Below are positions 1-9,062 of a stretch of DNA of 64,000 bases, in pieces (position 1 is the first letter of the stretch; each line of letters opens with the position of its first letter). The position numbers and the translations under genes are program-made. A model generated the notes under the pieces. It saw only the letters and a list, made by a program, of their open reading frames with translations. It made no database searches and had not been told where the DNA came from. This DNA is from an uncultured Methylophaga sp. (lineage in GTDB: Bacteria; Pseudomonadota; Gammaproteobacteria; GCF-002020875): assembly GCA_937877715.1 (NCBI GenBank), contig CALEHW010000066.1, forward strand, positions 968-64,967, written 5' to 3'.

Positions 1-858
1 GCCACTCTCAACAGCGGCACTGACTGCACATCCCGGCTCATTGAGGTGTCTGCAGTTGCTGAAACGGCACATCCCTGCGTAGTGACCAAACTCCCTGAAG
101 CCATTCCGCAGGGTCTCCTCGTCCAGATCCCAGATTCCGAACTCCCGGATACCCGGCGAGTCAATTAGTGTTCCTCCATTCTGTAGATGGTATAGCGTGG
201 ATACACTGGTGGTGTGTCTCCCTTGCCCTATTCCCTCGGAGAGTGCTCCCACAGCAATATCCAGGTCCGGGAGTAAGGATTTGATGATAGAGGATTTGCC
301 TCCACCAGATGGCCCTACCAGTACACTGCTCTTGCCCTCCAACTGCTGCTGCAGGGGATCTACCCCACCGGTAATTTTGGTGCTGATCCAGAGTAGTGGA
401 AGCTCCAGATTTTTGTAGTGGAGTAGCTTCTCCTTCAGCTCTATCTTCTCATCTTGACTAAGCAGGTCCAGCTTGTTTATGACCAGAATGGAGGGGATGG
501 GGATAGATTCTGCGGCGACCAGAATCCGGTCGATCTGCAGAAGGTCAATTCCCGGTTCTGGTGCAGTGACGATAATGAGCTGATCTACGTTGGCTGCGAT
601 CGGTTTCTTGCGTTGGTTGAAGGGGTCGGGACGGGTGAGCAGGCTTTTGCGCTTCTCGAGGAGAGTAATTACCCCCTCGTTATCACCACTGGGTTCCCAT
701 CTGACCCAGTCACCAACAGTCAGCGGGGGGAGTTTTTTGCGTTGCGCACAGCGTATGGTTGTTGGCTGCTCTACTGTACGGGATGATGGGGAGACAATCA
801 GGCGATCTCCCTGGCGGGTGATGATCTGCCCTTTATTCTCGGTGAGGCTACTAGCCAT
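1..858 (-). CDS. rsgA: ribosome small subunit-dependent GTPase A (3' end runs off window)
   Basis: Absent from ORF track; manual translation from ATG 858 gives AANVDQ, INKLDL, GPSGGGKSS, GRHTT, LIDSPGIREF and Zn site CRFSNCRHLNEPGC. Confidence 0.95.
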   Translation of the reverse strand, partial: MASSLTENKGQIITRQGDRLIVSPSSRTVEQPTTIRCAQRKKLPPLTVGDWVRWEPSGDNEGVITLLEKRKSLLTRPDPFNQRKKPIAANVDQLIIVTAPEPGIDLLQIDRILVAAESIPIPSILVINKLDLLSQDEKIELKEKLLHYKNLELPLLWISTKITGGVDPLQQQLEGKSSVLVGPSGGGKSSIIKSLLPDLDIAVGALSEGIGQGRHTTSVSTLYHLQNGGTLIDSPGIREFGIWDLDEETLRNGFREFGHYAGMCRFSNCRHLNEPGCAVSAAVESG

Positions 859-875
859 CCGGGGTGCTGAGGATG

Positions 876-1154
876 TTACTTGAGTTGATAGAAGGCCTCG
901 TTCATGTACTCCACCACATCATCCTGATCCTCAGGAAACCAGTCAGCCCCAGCACCAGTCATGGTGATACACATGCTGACCTGGCGTTTCAGGTCGAAGA
1001 GTGTTTTTAGTTTTGTATCATCTTTCATGTAGGTTTCGTTGCCATGGCAACGCATGCAGTCGGCATCATGCAGCTCTTTGCCGTTGTCCGTGTCAGCAGC
1101 TCCGGCCAGAGGGAAAAGCAGGATAAAAAGCATGGCTGGTAATAATTTAATCAT
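876..1154 (-). CDS. small periplasmic monoheme cytochrome c (green heme protein-like)
   Basis: Signal peptide, CMRCH heme motif, downstream QVSMC...WFPED..DVVEYMN..FY pattern. Confidence 0.8.
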   Translation of the reverse strand: MIKLLPAMLFILLFPLAGAADTDNGKELHDADCMRCHGNETYMKDDTKLKTLFDLKRQVSMCITMTGAGADWFPEDQDDVVEYMNEAFYQLK

Positions 1155-1201
1155 TTTCTACAGATCCAATTTGTTAAATGATGGATAAGAATGAGTTGAG
1201 T

Positions 1202-2452
1202 TTACCCTCTATCCTCAAGATGTGCGATTCTTACCGGTGCAGGTGGGTGGGAGTCGTGGTAGGCGGAGTAGATATGGTCCGGGGTCACGGTTGAGGCGTT
1301 TTCGCGGTAGAGTGCAACCAGCGCACTAACCAGATCTGCCGCCTGGGCATGCTCCGCAGCAAAGTCATCAGCCTCAAATTCATGCTTTCTGGAGTAGGCA
1401 GCCATTATTGGCTGAATCCAGAAGGAGAATGCGGGAGAGGCTACCAGAAACAGTACAAGTGCAGCATGGTCTGATTTCATGGTTATTCCAAGCCCCTGGT
1501 AGAACCAGCTCTGTTCAATTAACCACCCCAGCAGGGCCAGGGCAACGAGTGAGATTGTGGCGGTAAGCAGCAACCTCTTCTTTATATGCCCGTTTCTGAA
1601 GTGGCCCAGTTCATGAGCCAGTACGGCCAGTATCTCGTTATCACTCAGGGTCTCCAGCAGGGTGTCATAGAAGACAATCCTTCTCTTCTTCCCCAGCCCG
1701 GTAAAGTAGGCGTTGCCATGGCCGGAACGTTTGGAGCCATCGACAACAAAGATTCCGTCACAGTCGAAACCTGCCTGCTGTAGCAGCTCCTCGATTTTTC
1801 CCGCTAACTCCTCATTCTCCAGGGGGGTAAACTTGTTGAACAGGGGCGCCAGAAATGTTGGCCAGGCCCAGATCATCAGCAGGGTGAAGCCCATCCATAC
1901 TATCCATACCTTAAGCCACCAGAGAGGGGTTGCCTCACCCATTAGCCAGAGTATAAGTAGTAGTAGTGGAATCCCTATAACCAATGAAAGCAGTAGCTGT
2001 TTTGCCATGTCAGTGATGAAGATGGAGGCGGTTGTGCGATTGAAATCGAACTTTGATTCCAGTACAAATGTGTTGTAGATCGCGAAAGGGAGACCCAGCA
2101 GGGTGCCGACGATGAAGAATGAGAGGATGAAACCAACTCCCAGATAGAGATGTTCCATCCCGGTTGCCCGCCAGCCATGGTCGAGCCACTCCAGACCGCC
2201 ACCGATGGTCCAATAGAGCAGTAGAGCTGTTCCGTATAATAGCTCAATCTGCCCCAGTTGCTGTTTGGCAGAGGTGTAGTCTGCTGCCTTCTGGTGTTTA
2301 TCAAGAGGGAGTGTGTCAGAGAAGTGGGAGGGAACTGCTGCACGGTGTTGTTGTACAGATCGGACCTGTCGCCTGGATAGCCACCACTCAACTAACGTAT
2401 TCAGTGTGAGTAGCAGGATAAAGATAGCGGTAAAAAGTTGATTGCTTTCCAA
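1202..2452 (-). CDS. M48 family (Ste24-like) membrane metalloprotease
   Basis: Multiple TM helices, DGSKRSGHGNAYFTG, HELGH, EFEADDFA, SHPP; start uncertain (TTG 2452 with GGGGA upstream, or 2479). Confidence 0.92.
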   Translation of the reverse strand: MESNQLFTAIFILLLTLNTLVEWWLSRRQVRSVQQHRAAVPSHFSDTLPLDKHQKAADYTSAKQQLGQIELLYGTALLLYWTIGGGLEWLDHGWRATGMEHLYLGVGFILSFFIVGTLLGLPFAIYNTFVLESKFDFNRTTASIFITDMAKQLLLSLVIGIPLLLLILWLMGEATPLWWLKVWIVWMGFTLLMIWAWPTFLAPLFNKFTPLENEELAGKIEELLQQAGFDCDGIFVVDGSKRSGHGNAYFTGLGKKRRIVFYDTLLETLSDNEILAVLAHELGHFRNGHIKKRLLLTATISLVALALLGWLIEQSWFYQGLGITMKSDHAALVLFLVASPAFSFWIQPIMAAYSRKHEFEADDFAAEHAQAADLVSALVALYRENASTVTPDHIYSAYHDSHPPAPVRIAHLEDRG

Positions 2453-2516
2453 AATAGTTCCCCAGAGTGTTTGATACAATTGTGCAATTATAGAGAGGAA
2501 ATGGTGAGTAAGGAAT

Positions 2517-3056
2517 ATGGATCAAAATAATCTAATCTGGGTCGACCTGGAGATGACTGGGTTAAATCCAGAGAGCGATACTATTATCGAGATAGCAACT
2601 ATTGTGACCAGTGCGGATCTGGAGATTATTGCAGAGGGCCCAGTCTTTGCCATCTCTCACTCTGAGGAGACTATATCTGGAATGGATGAGTGGAACACCA
2701 AGACCCATGGAGAGTCTGGGTTGATTCGACGGATTCGGGAGGAGGGGGTTTCGATGAGGGAGGCAGAGCTCAAAACCCTGGAGTTTGTGCGAAATCATGT
2801 TCCAGAGAGGAAATCCCCCATGTGTGGCAACAGCATCTGTCAGGATCGACGCTTCATGTCACGCGAGATGCCGGAGTTGAAAGATCACTTTCACTACCGC
2901 AACCTCGATGTCAGCACCCTCAAGGAGCTGGCGATGCGCTGGAAGCCTGAGCTACTGGAGCAGTTTACAAAGAGTGGGGCGCATACTGCTCTGGCAGATA
3001 TTCGTGAGTCGATTGAGGAGATGCGGTTCTACCGTCAGCACTTTATCTCGCTGTGA
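2517..3056 (+). CDS. orn: oligoribonuclease
   Basis: [44 protein letters not shown]. Confidence 0.97.
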   Translation: MDQNNLIWVDLEMTGLNPESDTIIEIATIVTSADLEIIAEGPVFAISHSEETISGMDEWNTKTHGESGLIRRIREEGVSMREAELKTLEFVRNHVPERKSPMCGNSICQDRRFMSREMPELKDHFHYRNLDVSTLKELAMRWKPELLEQFTKSGAHTALADIRESIEEMRFYRQHFISL

Positions 3057-3102
3057 CCATATACGCACTTACACTATCATCCCCGATATACACTTAACAC
3101 TG

Positions 3103-4170
3103 TCATTCCCCATGATTCGGAGAGTACCCACGTTGTTGTTCAAGTGCCCAGGTTACATGCTCTCTGACTATCTCTGACGGATCCTCCAGCCTCTTCTGAA
3201 GAGCCTCCGCTGCCCCCTGGCACCCCTCTGCATTCCCCAGGCCGATCGCAATATTGCGTAACCAGCGTTCATGGCCTATGCGCCGGATTGACGACCCCTC
3301 CATCTTTTTCAGAAATTCATCCTCACTCCAGGCGAACAGATCCACAAGTTCGGGGGCGTCCAGGCCGTGGCGGATCTGCAGATCGAGTTCTGTGGTGTCA
3401 TCGGCAAAACGGTTCCATGGACAGACTAGCTGGCAATCATCGCAACCGTATATTCGGTTACCCATGGCTCTGCGGAACTCCACGGGAATAGATCCACCAA
3501 GCTCGATTGTCAGATACGAGATGCAGCGCCTGGCATCCACCTGATAAGGGGTGACAATAGCGTTGGTGGGGCAGCTGGTGATGCAGAGATCGCAGCTGCC
3601 ACAGTGGTTGGTTGCAGGGGGGTCTGCATCCAGTTTGAGATCGGTGTAGATCTCTCCGAGAAAGAACCAGGAGCCATTTCTCTTGTTGATTACATTGCTG
3701 TGTTTGCCAATCCACCCCACGCCACTGTTTTCAGCAATTCCCTTCTCCAGAACTGGAGCACTGTCAACGAAGACGCGATGCCCGAAGGGACCTACTGCCG
3801 TGCTTATCCTTGTTGCCAGTTGAGCTAGACGTTTTCGCATCACCTTGTGATAATCACGTCCAAGGGCGTAGCGGGAGATAAACCCTTTTTCATCCTGGTC
3901 AATAATCTCCCATGAATCGGCAGCCTCCGGGGGGAGATAGTTCATGCGGAAAGAGAGCAGGGAGAGGGTTCCGGGAATCAACTCCTCTGGATGGCTGCGC
4001 TTGCTGCCGTGGCGAACCATATATTCCATCTCTCCATGGAATCCCTGCTCTATCCACTGCTGCAGTGCTGCTTCATGTATCTGAAGATCACAATGGGTAA
4101 CACCAAACCCATGAAACCCAAGCTCGGCGGCCCACTTTTGGATCTCTTTTTTTAATTGTCTGGGGTTCAT
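3103..4170 (-). CDS. queG: tRNA epoxyqueuosine reductase
   Basis: SRYALGRDYH, FVDSAPVLEK, 4Fe-4S motifs CGSCDLCITSCP and GCDDCQLVCPWN. Confidence 0.96.
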   Translation of the reverse strand: MNPRQLKKEIQKWAAELGFHGFGVTHCDLQIHEAALQQWIEQGFHGEMEYMVRHGSKRSHPEELIPGTLSLLSFRMNYLPPEAADSWEIIDQDEKGFISRYALGRDYHKVMRKRLAQLATRISTAVGPFGHRVFVDSAPVLEKGIAENSGVGWIGKHSNVINKRNGSWFFLGEIYTDLKLDADPPATNHCGSCDLCITSCPTNAIVTPYQVDARRCISYLTIELGGSIPVEFRRAMGNRIYGCDDCQLVCPWNRFADDTTELDLQIRHGLDAPELVDLFAWSEDEFLKKMEGSSIRRIGHERWLRNIAIGLGNAEGCQGAAEALQKRLEDPSEIVREHVTWALEQQRGYSPNHGE

Positions 4171-4194
4171 GGTCTATTAGTATAATGCCCATCA
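4171..4194. promoter_or_regulatory. candidate bidirectional sigma70 promoter with overlapping -10 elements for queG and tsaE
   Basis: TATAAT (+) at 4181-4186 and TATACT (-) at 4179-4184, each 8 nt from the respective ATG. Confidence 0.6.
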
Positions 4195-4644
4195 ATGATT
4201 GTTGAAATTCCCGATGAAAAACAGATGGAACGGTTGGGCGCCTCTTTTGCCGAGGTGGTGTCCAGCCCTGTGCTGATTTTTCTGCAGGGTGACCTTGGAA
4301 TGGGAAAGACCACCTTTGCCCGCGGTTTTATCAGATATCTTGGTCACCAGGGCAATGTGAAGAGCCCTACCTATACCCTGGTTGAGCCATACACGGTCGG
4401 CGGGGGAATGGTCTACCATTTTGATCTCTACCGTCTCTGTGATCCTGAGGAGTTGGAGTTGATGGGGATCAGGGATTATCTGCAGGACTCCATCTCACTG
4501 CTGGAGTGGCCAGGTCGCGGAGCAGGGGTTCTGCCTGCCCCTAGTGTTGTGTTGTCATTCAGGGAGTCTGGCAGCGGCCGTCAGGTGGAGTGTGAGGGTG
4601 ACTCAGCTACTCTCAGGCTGGTTGAAGAGAGGTTCTCCGGATAA
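4195..4644 (+). CDS. tsaE: tRNA t6A37 biosynthesis ATPase
   Basis: GDLGMGKTT, VKSPTYTLVEPY, YHFDLYRL, EWP. Confidence 0.96.
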   Translation: MIVEIPDEKQMERLGASFAEVVSSPVLIFLQGDLGMGKTTFARGFIRYLGHQGNVKSPTYTLVEPYTVGGGMVYHFDLYRLCDPEELELMGIRDYLQDSISLLEWPGRGAGVLPAPSVVLSFRESGSGRQVECEGDSATLRLVEERFSG

Positions 4645-5984
4645 TGGATTCAACCCCACTGGATCGACGTCGATTTCTCCAGCTTGCTGGCTCCCTGCCT
4701 CTGTTGGGGACCATTCCGGCCGCTGCGGATGAGGTTACCTCAATTTACGGTATCCGCCTCTGGCCGGCACCAGACCATACACGGGTGGTATTGGATCTGG
4801 ACCGGGGTGTTGACTACAAGCTAACCAAAAGTGGCAGCCCTGGGAAGATTATTCTCAAGATGAGTCAGACCCAGCCCATCCTCTCTCTGGATGCGATGGT
4901 TAAGGATGATCCAAGGCTCAAGTCGGTCAAGACATGGTTTGCCAATGGGGGGGCAGATTTTGTTGTTGAGTTTGTGTTGTTGAAGGGGGTGGAGGCGCGC
5001 TCATTCCTGCTGCCACCAAATGAGAATTATGGCCACCGTTTGGTGCTTGATCTTCATAATATTGAACAGAAGCGTACGCAACCGCCGAGTGCAGTCAGGC
5101 AGCAGCGCAAACTGACTATTGCCATCGATGCAGGTCATGGCGGGGAGGATCCTGGTGCGGTGGGGTACAAGGGTGCCAAAGAGAAGAGGATCGTGCTGAG
5201 TGTTGCTCGCCGTCTCGAGAAGCTGATCAAGAGAGAGCCGAGGATGCGGGCAGTGATGGTTCGCAAGGGAGATTACTATGTCAGTCTTGGGGGGCGTGTG
5301 CGCAAGGCCAGAAGAAGCCACGCGGATCTGCTGATATCCATCCATGCGGATGGCTTCAAGAAACGTTCAGCCCATGGCGCCTCGGTATTTGTGCTCTCCA
5401 ACAAGCGTGCCTCCTCCGAAATGGCGCGCTGGATGGCAAGGCGTGAAAATCGTGCTGACAGAATCGGTGGGGTGGACAAGGTCAGGGAGTCAAGTTCATT
5501 TGCCTATGCCCTTAGGGATATGGAGCGCAGTGCCAACCAGAAGGTGGGGCTGGAGCTGGCGGAGATTGTACTTGGTGAGCTGAAGAAGATCGGTGATCTG
5601 CATGGCAACAGGGTTCACAAGGCGAGTTTTGCAATATTGAAGGCGCCTGATTTCCCCTCCATGTTGGTGGAGACCGGCTTTATTACCAATCCACGGGAGG
5701 AGAAAAAGTTGCGTACGGCGGCATATCAGCAGAAGCTGGCTGGGGCAATGATGAAGGCTGTGCGCCAGTTTGCGCAGAGATATCCGGTGGTTGAGTCGGC
5801 CCCTCTGTCGAGCAGAGCGGCCTCCAGACCTTCCACAGCAAAGGTGAATGTATACAGGGTTCGCAAGGGAGATACCCTCAGCTCGATTGCGAGAAAGAGC
5901 GGGGTCTCTCTGAGTAGTCTGCGCAGACTCAACCCGGGCCTAGGTGACATGTTGAGTATTGGTCAGAAACTGAGAATAAATTGA
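4644..5984 (+). CDS. N-acetylmuramoyl-L-alanine amidase (Tat signal, AMIN, Amidase_3, LysM)
   Basis: RRRFL twin-arginine signal, RLWPAPDHTRVVLDL, IDAGHGGEDPGA, SIHAD, LVETGF, C-terminal LysM YRVRKGDTLSSIA. Confidence 0.93.
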   Translation: MDSTPLDRRRFLQLAGSLPLLGTIPAAADEVTSIYGIRLWPAPDHTRVVLDLDRGVDYKLTKSGSPGKIILKMSQTQPILSLDAMVKDDPRLKSVKTWFANGGADFVVEFVLLKGVEARSFLLPPNENYGHRLVLDLHNIEQKRTQPPSAVRQQRKLTIAIDAGHGGEDPGAVGYKGAKEKRIVLSVARRLEKLIKREPRMRAVMVRKGDYYVSLGGRVRKARRSHADLLISIHADGFKKRSAHGASVFVLSNKRASSEMARWMARRENRADRIGGVDKVRESSSFAYALRDMERSANQKVGLELAEIVLGELKKIGDLHGNRVHKASFAILKAPDFPSMLVETGFITNPREEKKLRTAAYQQKLAGAMMKAVRQFAQRYPVVESAPLSSRAASRPSTAKVNVYRVRKGDTLSSIARKSGVSLSSLRRLNPGLGDMLSIGQKLRIN

Positions 5985-7810
5985 TGGCAAAGGCAACAGC
6001 AAGAATTCAGAAACTCTCTACTCAGCTCTCCAACCAGATTGCAGCTGGCGAGGTGGTGGAACGCCCCGCCTCTGTACTCAAAGAGCTGCTGGAAAATAGT
6101 GTGGATGCTCAGGCAACCCGTATCCGGATTGATATTGAGGAGGGTGGGCAGAAGCTGATCAGGGTGAGAGATAATGGGATAGGAATTGTCCAGCAGGATC
6201 TGCTGCTGGCCCTTGATCGTCACGCCACCAGCAAGATCGGGAGTGTGGAGGATCTGGAGAGGATTGCCACCCTGGGGTTTCGTGGTGAGGCCCTGCCCAG
6301 CATATCTTCGGTCTCAAGGCTGCAGCTGACCTCTCGTGCAGAGGGGGAGGAGCAGGGGTGGCGACTGTTCTCTGATGGCGGCCTCGATCTGCAACCACCA
6401 CAGCCGGATCCTCATCCGCAGGGAACTACGGTGGAGGTGCGGGACCTCTTCTTCAATACCCCTGCACGCAAGAAGTTCATGCGAATCGAGAGAACAGAGT
6501 TTCGCCATATTGAGGATGTAGTAAGAAGAGTGGTGCTCTCCCATCCGGAGATCATGCTGGTGCTGAGCCATAACGGCCGGGTGGTCAGGGAGTATCCGGC
6601 AGGGAACGGGCAACAGGAGTGGGAGCGCAGAATAGAGGCTGTGCTGGGCGGTGATTTCACCGGCCATGCGCTCTACCTTGAGAGTGAGACGAGCGGACTG
6701 GGACTAAAAGGGTGGATCGCCCGTCCCTCTGCATCGCGTAGTCAGCCCGATCAGCAATTCTTTTTTGTAAACGGGAGGATGGTAAAGGATCGTGTGGTCA
6801 GTCACGCGCTACGACAGGCATATCAGGATGTCATGTTCCATGGCCGTCATCCGGCATGGCTGCTGTTTCTGAAGATGGATCCTGAGATGGTCGATGTAAA
6901 TGTGCACCCCACCAAGCATGAGGTCCGTTTTCGTGAGAGTCGTCAACTGCACAGTTTTCTCTTCAAGACAGTTCGAGATGTGCTGGCAGCAGATAGGCCG
7001 GGATCTGCCGTCACTGCCGGAGAGGTGGTGGATCGGGAGACCGGGGAAATTCAGCAGCTGAGGGATGCAGACTCATCTGCGGCACCGCAGCGTTGGGTTG
7101 AGATGCCTCGACAGAAACCGCTTGCGGGGTTGCGCCAGAGGGATGTGAGTCTGCAGATTGGAGAGCGTTCATCTCCCCCATACAGGGAAGGTGATGTTGG
7201 TGTCTCCACAGATGGCTCGGACAGGGATCATCCGCTGGGCCATGCACTGGCCCAGATTCATGGAATCTATATCCTTGCGGAGAACGAGAAGGGGTTGGTG
7301 CTGGTTGACATGCATGCAGCCCATGAACGGATCACCTATGAACGCATGAAGCAGGCGCTGACAGAGGAGGGGGTTCGTACCCAGCAGCTACTGGTTCCGG
7401 TAACGCTATCGGTTAGTGAGAAGGAGGCTGAGTTTGCTGAGCAGAAACAGCAACTGTTTAGCAGACTTGGTCTGGGTATCGATCGTGCTGGTCCTCTCTC
7501 GTTGGTGGTTCGTGAGGTGCCGGCACTGCTCTCCAACGCAGATGTGGGGCAGCTTGCACGAGATCTGCTGGCAGATCTGATGGAGCATGAGAGCAGTGCC
7601 AGAGTCGAGGAGAAGATCAACGAGGTGGTTGCAACCATCGCCTGCCACGGCTCTGTCCGTGCGGGCAGACAGTTGACGCTGCCAGAGATGGATGCACTGT
7701 TGAGAGATATGGAGCAGACTGAGCGTAGTGGTCAGTGCAACCATGGCAGGCCAACCTGGAGACAGCTCACATTGGATGAGCTGGATGGGCTCTTTCTGCG
7801 TGGACAGTAG
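5984..7810 (+). CDS. mutL: DNA mismatch repair protein MutL
   Basis: NQIAAGEVVERPASVLKELLENS, TLGFRGEAL, endonuclease motifs DMHAAHER and CNHGRP. Confidence 0.98.
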   Translation: MAKATARIQKLSTQLSNQIAAGEVVERPASVLKELLENSVDAQATRIRIDIEEGGQKLIRVRDNGIGIVQQDLLLALDRHATSKIGSVEDLERIATLGFRGEALPSISSVSRLQLTSRAEGEEQGWRLFSDGGLDLQPPQPDPHPQGTTVEVRDLFFNTPARKKFMRIERTEFRHIEDVVRRVVLSHPEIMLVLSHNGRVVREYPAGNGQQEWERRIEAVLGGDFTGHALYLESETSGLGLKGWIARPSASRSQPDQQFFFVNGRMVKDRVVSHALRQAYQDVMFHGRHPAWLLFLKMDPEMVDVNVHPTKHEVRFRESRQLHSFLFKTVRDVLAADRPGSAVTAGEVVDRETGEIQQLRDADSSAAPQRWVEMPRQKPLAGLRQRDVSLQIGERSSPPYREGDVGVSTDGSDRDHPLGHALAQIHGIYILAENEKGLVLVDMHAAHERITYERMKQALTEEGVRTQQLLVPVTLSVSEKEAEFAEQKQQLFSRLGLGIDRAGPLSLVVREVPALLSNADVGQLARDLLADLMEHESSARVEEKINEVVATIACHGSVRAGRQLTLPEMDALLRDMEQTERSGQCNHGRPTWRQLTLDELDGLFLRGQ

Positions 7811-8750
7811 CACCAGCACAGCAGAGGGCAAGATGTTGTTTCTTACTGGCCCCACGGCGGCGGGAAAGACCGCTCTTGCGGTGGAGCTGGTTGAGAAATA
7901 CCCATTTGAGATTGTCAGCGTTGACTCTGCACTGGTCTACAGGGGGATGGATATTGGAACGGCCAAGCCGGATGCAGAGATTCTACGGCGTGCCCCACAT
8001 CGTCTGATCGACATTCTCGACCCTGCGGAGCCATACTCGGCGGCACGTTTCTGCAATGATGCGGCACGGGAGATTGAGGAGATCCGTAACAACGGAAATA
8101 TCCCCCTGCTGGTTGGCGGCACTATGCTCTATTTCAAGGCCCTGCAGTTTGGTCTCTCCACCCTCCCAGAGTCTGATTCTGAGGTGCGATCCACTCTTGA
8201 GTATGGGCTCAAAAACAATGGATTGGAGTATCTTTATGATCTTCTTGTTAAGGTTGATCCGGTAGCAGCAGAGCGGATAAACCGCAATGATCCGCAGAGA
8301 ATAATGCGCGCCCTTGAGGTCTATGAGATCAGCGGGGTACCTATGACCACTCTTCAGGAGCAAGAGAAAAGAAGGGGGCTGGATGCAGATTCTCTCTTGA
8401 TGGTCGCTATCTCCCCTGATGATCGCTCTGTTCTTCATCAGCGGATTGAGCGGCGTCTTCTGGATATGGTGGATGGAGGCTTTATAGAGGAGGTGGAGGG
8501 GCTGAAACTGCGTGTTGACCTCTCTCCTGATATCCCCTCCATGCGTGCGGTTGGCTATAGGCAGGTGTGGGACTATCTGGATGGTGGAATAGATCGTGAA
8601 GAGATGATATTCCGTGCCACAGTCGCCACCCGACAGTTGGCAAAAAGGCAATTGACCTGGTTGCGTAACTGGCCTGCTCCAGTGCAGTGGATGGAGCCTG
8701 GAGAGAGTGGTGCTGCTGAACGCATACTCAAGAATATGATCGATATATGA
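7800..8750 (+). CDS. miaA: tRNA dimethylallyltransferase
   Basis: GPTAAGKT, DSALVYRGMDIGTAKP, RQLAKRQLTW; start GTG 7800 or ATG 7833. Confidence 0.96.
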   Translation: MDSSTSTAEGKMLFLTGPTAAGKTALAVELVEKYPFEIVSVDSALVYRGMDIGTAKPDAEILRRAPHRLIDILDPAEPYSAARFCNDAAREIEEIRNNGNIPLLVGGTMLYFKALQFGLSTLPESDSEVRSTLEYGLKNNGLEYLYDLLVKVDPVAAERINRNDPQRIMRALEVYEISGVPMTTLQEQEKRRGLDADSLLMVAISPDDRSVLHQRIERRLLDMVDGGFIEEVEGLKLRVDLSPDIPSMRAVGYRQVWDYLDGGIDREEMIFRATVATRQLAKRQLTWLRNWPAPVQWMEPGESGAAERILKNMIDI

Positions 8751-8814
8751 TTTTAATTTTTTCTCTACTCTGGTATACTTAACGGTTCGATAACAATAAT
8801 AACGGGTACCTACA

Positions 8815-9048
8815 ATGAGCAAGAAAAGTCATCAGTTACAGGAGCCGTTTCTCAACGCTCTGCGTAAAGAGAAGGTTCCGGTCTCAATCTTTCTGGTTAA
8901 CGGCATCAAACTGCAGGGTCAGATTGACTCTTTTGACCAGTTTGTTATTTTGCTTAAGAGTGCGGTCAGTCAGATGGTCTACAAGCATGCCGTCTCAACC
9001 ATTGTCCCTTCCAGACCGATTAGTGTCGATTACGAGGACGAAGAGTAG
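8815..9048 (+). CDS. hfq: RNA chaperone Hfq
   Basis: [30 protein letters not shown]. Confidence 0.98.
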   Translation: MSKKSHQLQEPFLNALRKEKVPVSIFLVNGIKLQGQIDSFDQFVILLKSAVSQMVYKHAVSTIVPSRPISVDYEDEE

Positions 9049-9062
9049 CCTCTTCATAACGC

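Noticed and set aside
7983-8822. Long antisense or alternative-frame ORFs (this 279 aa one; also 36074-36772, 39701-40342, 28450-29037)
   Set aside because: They shadow well-supported genes and show no recognisable motifs.
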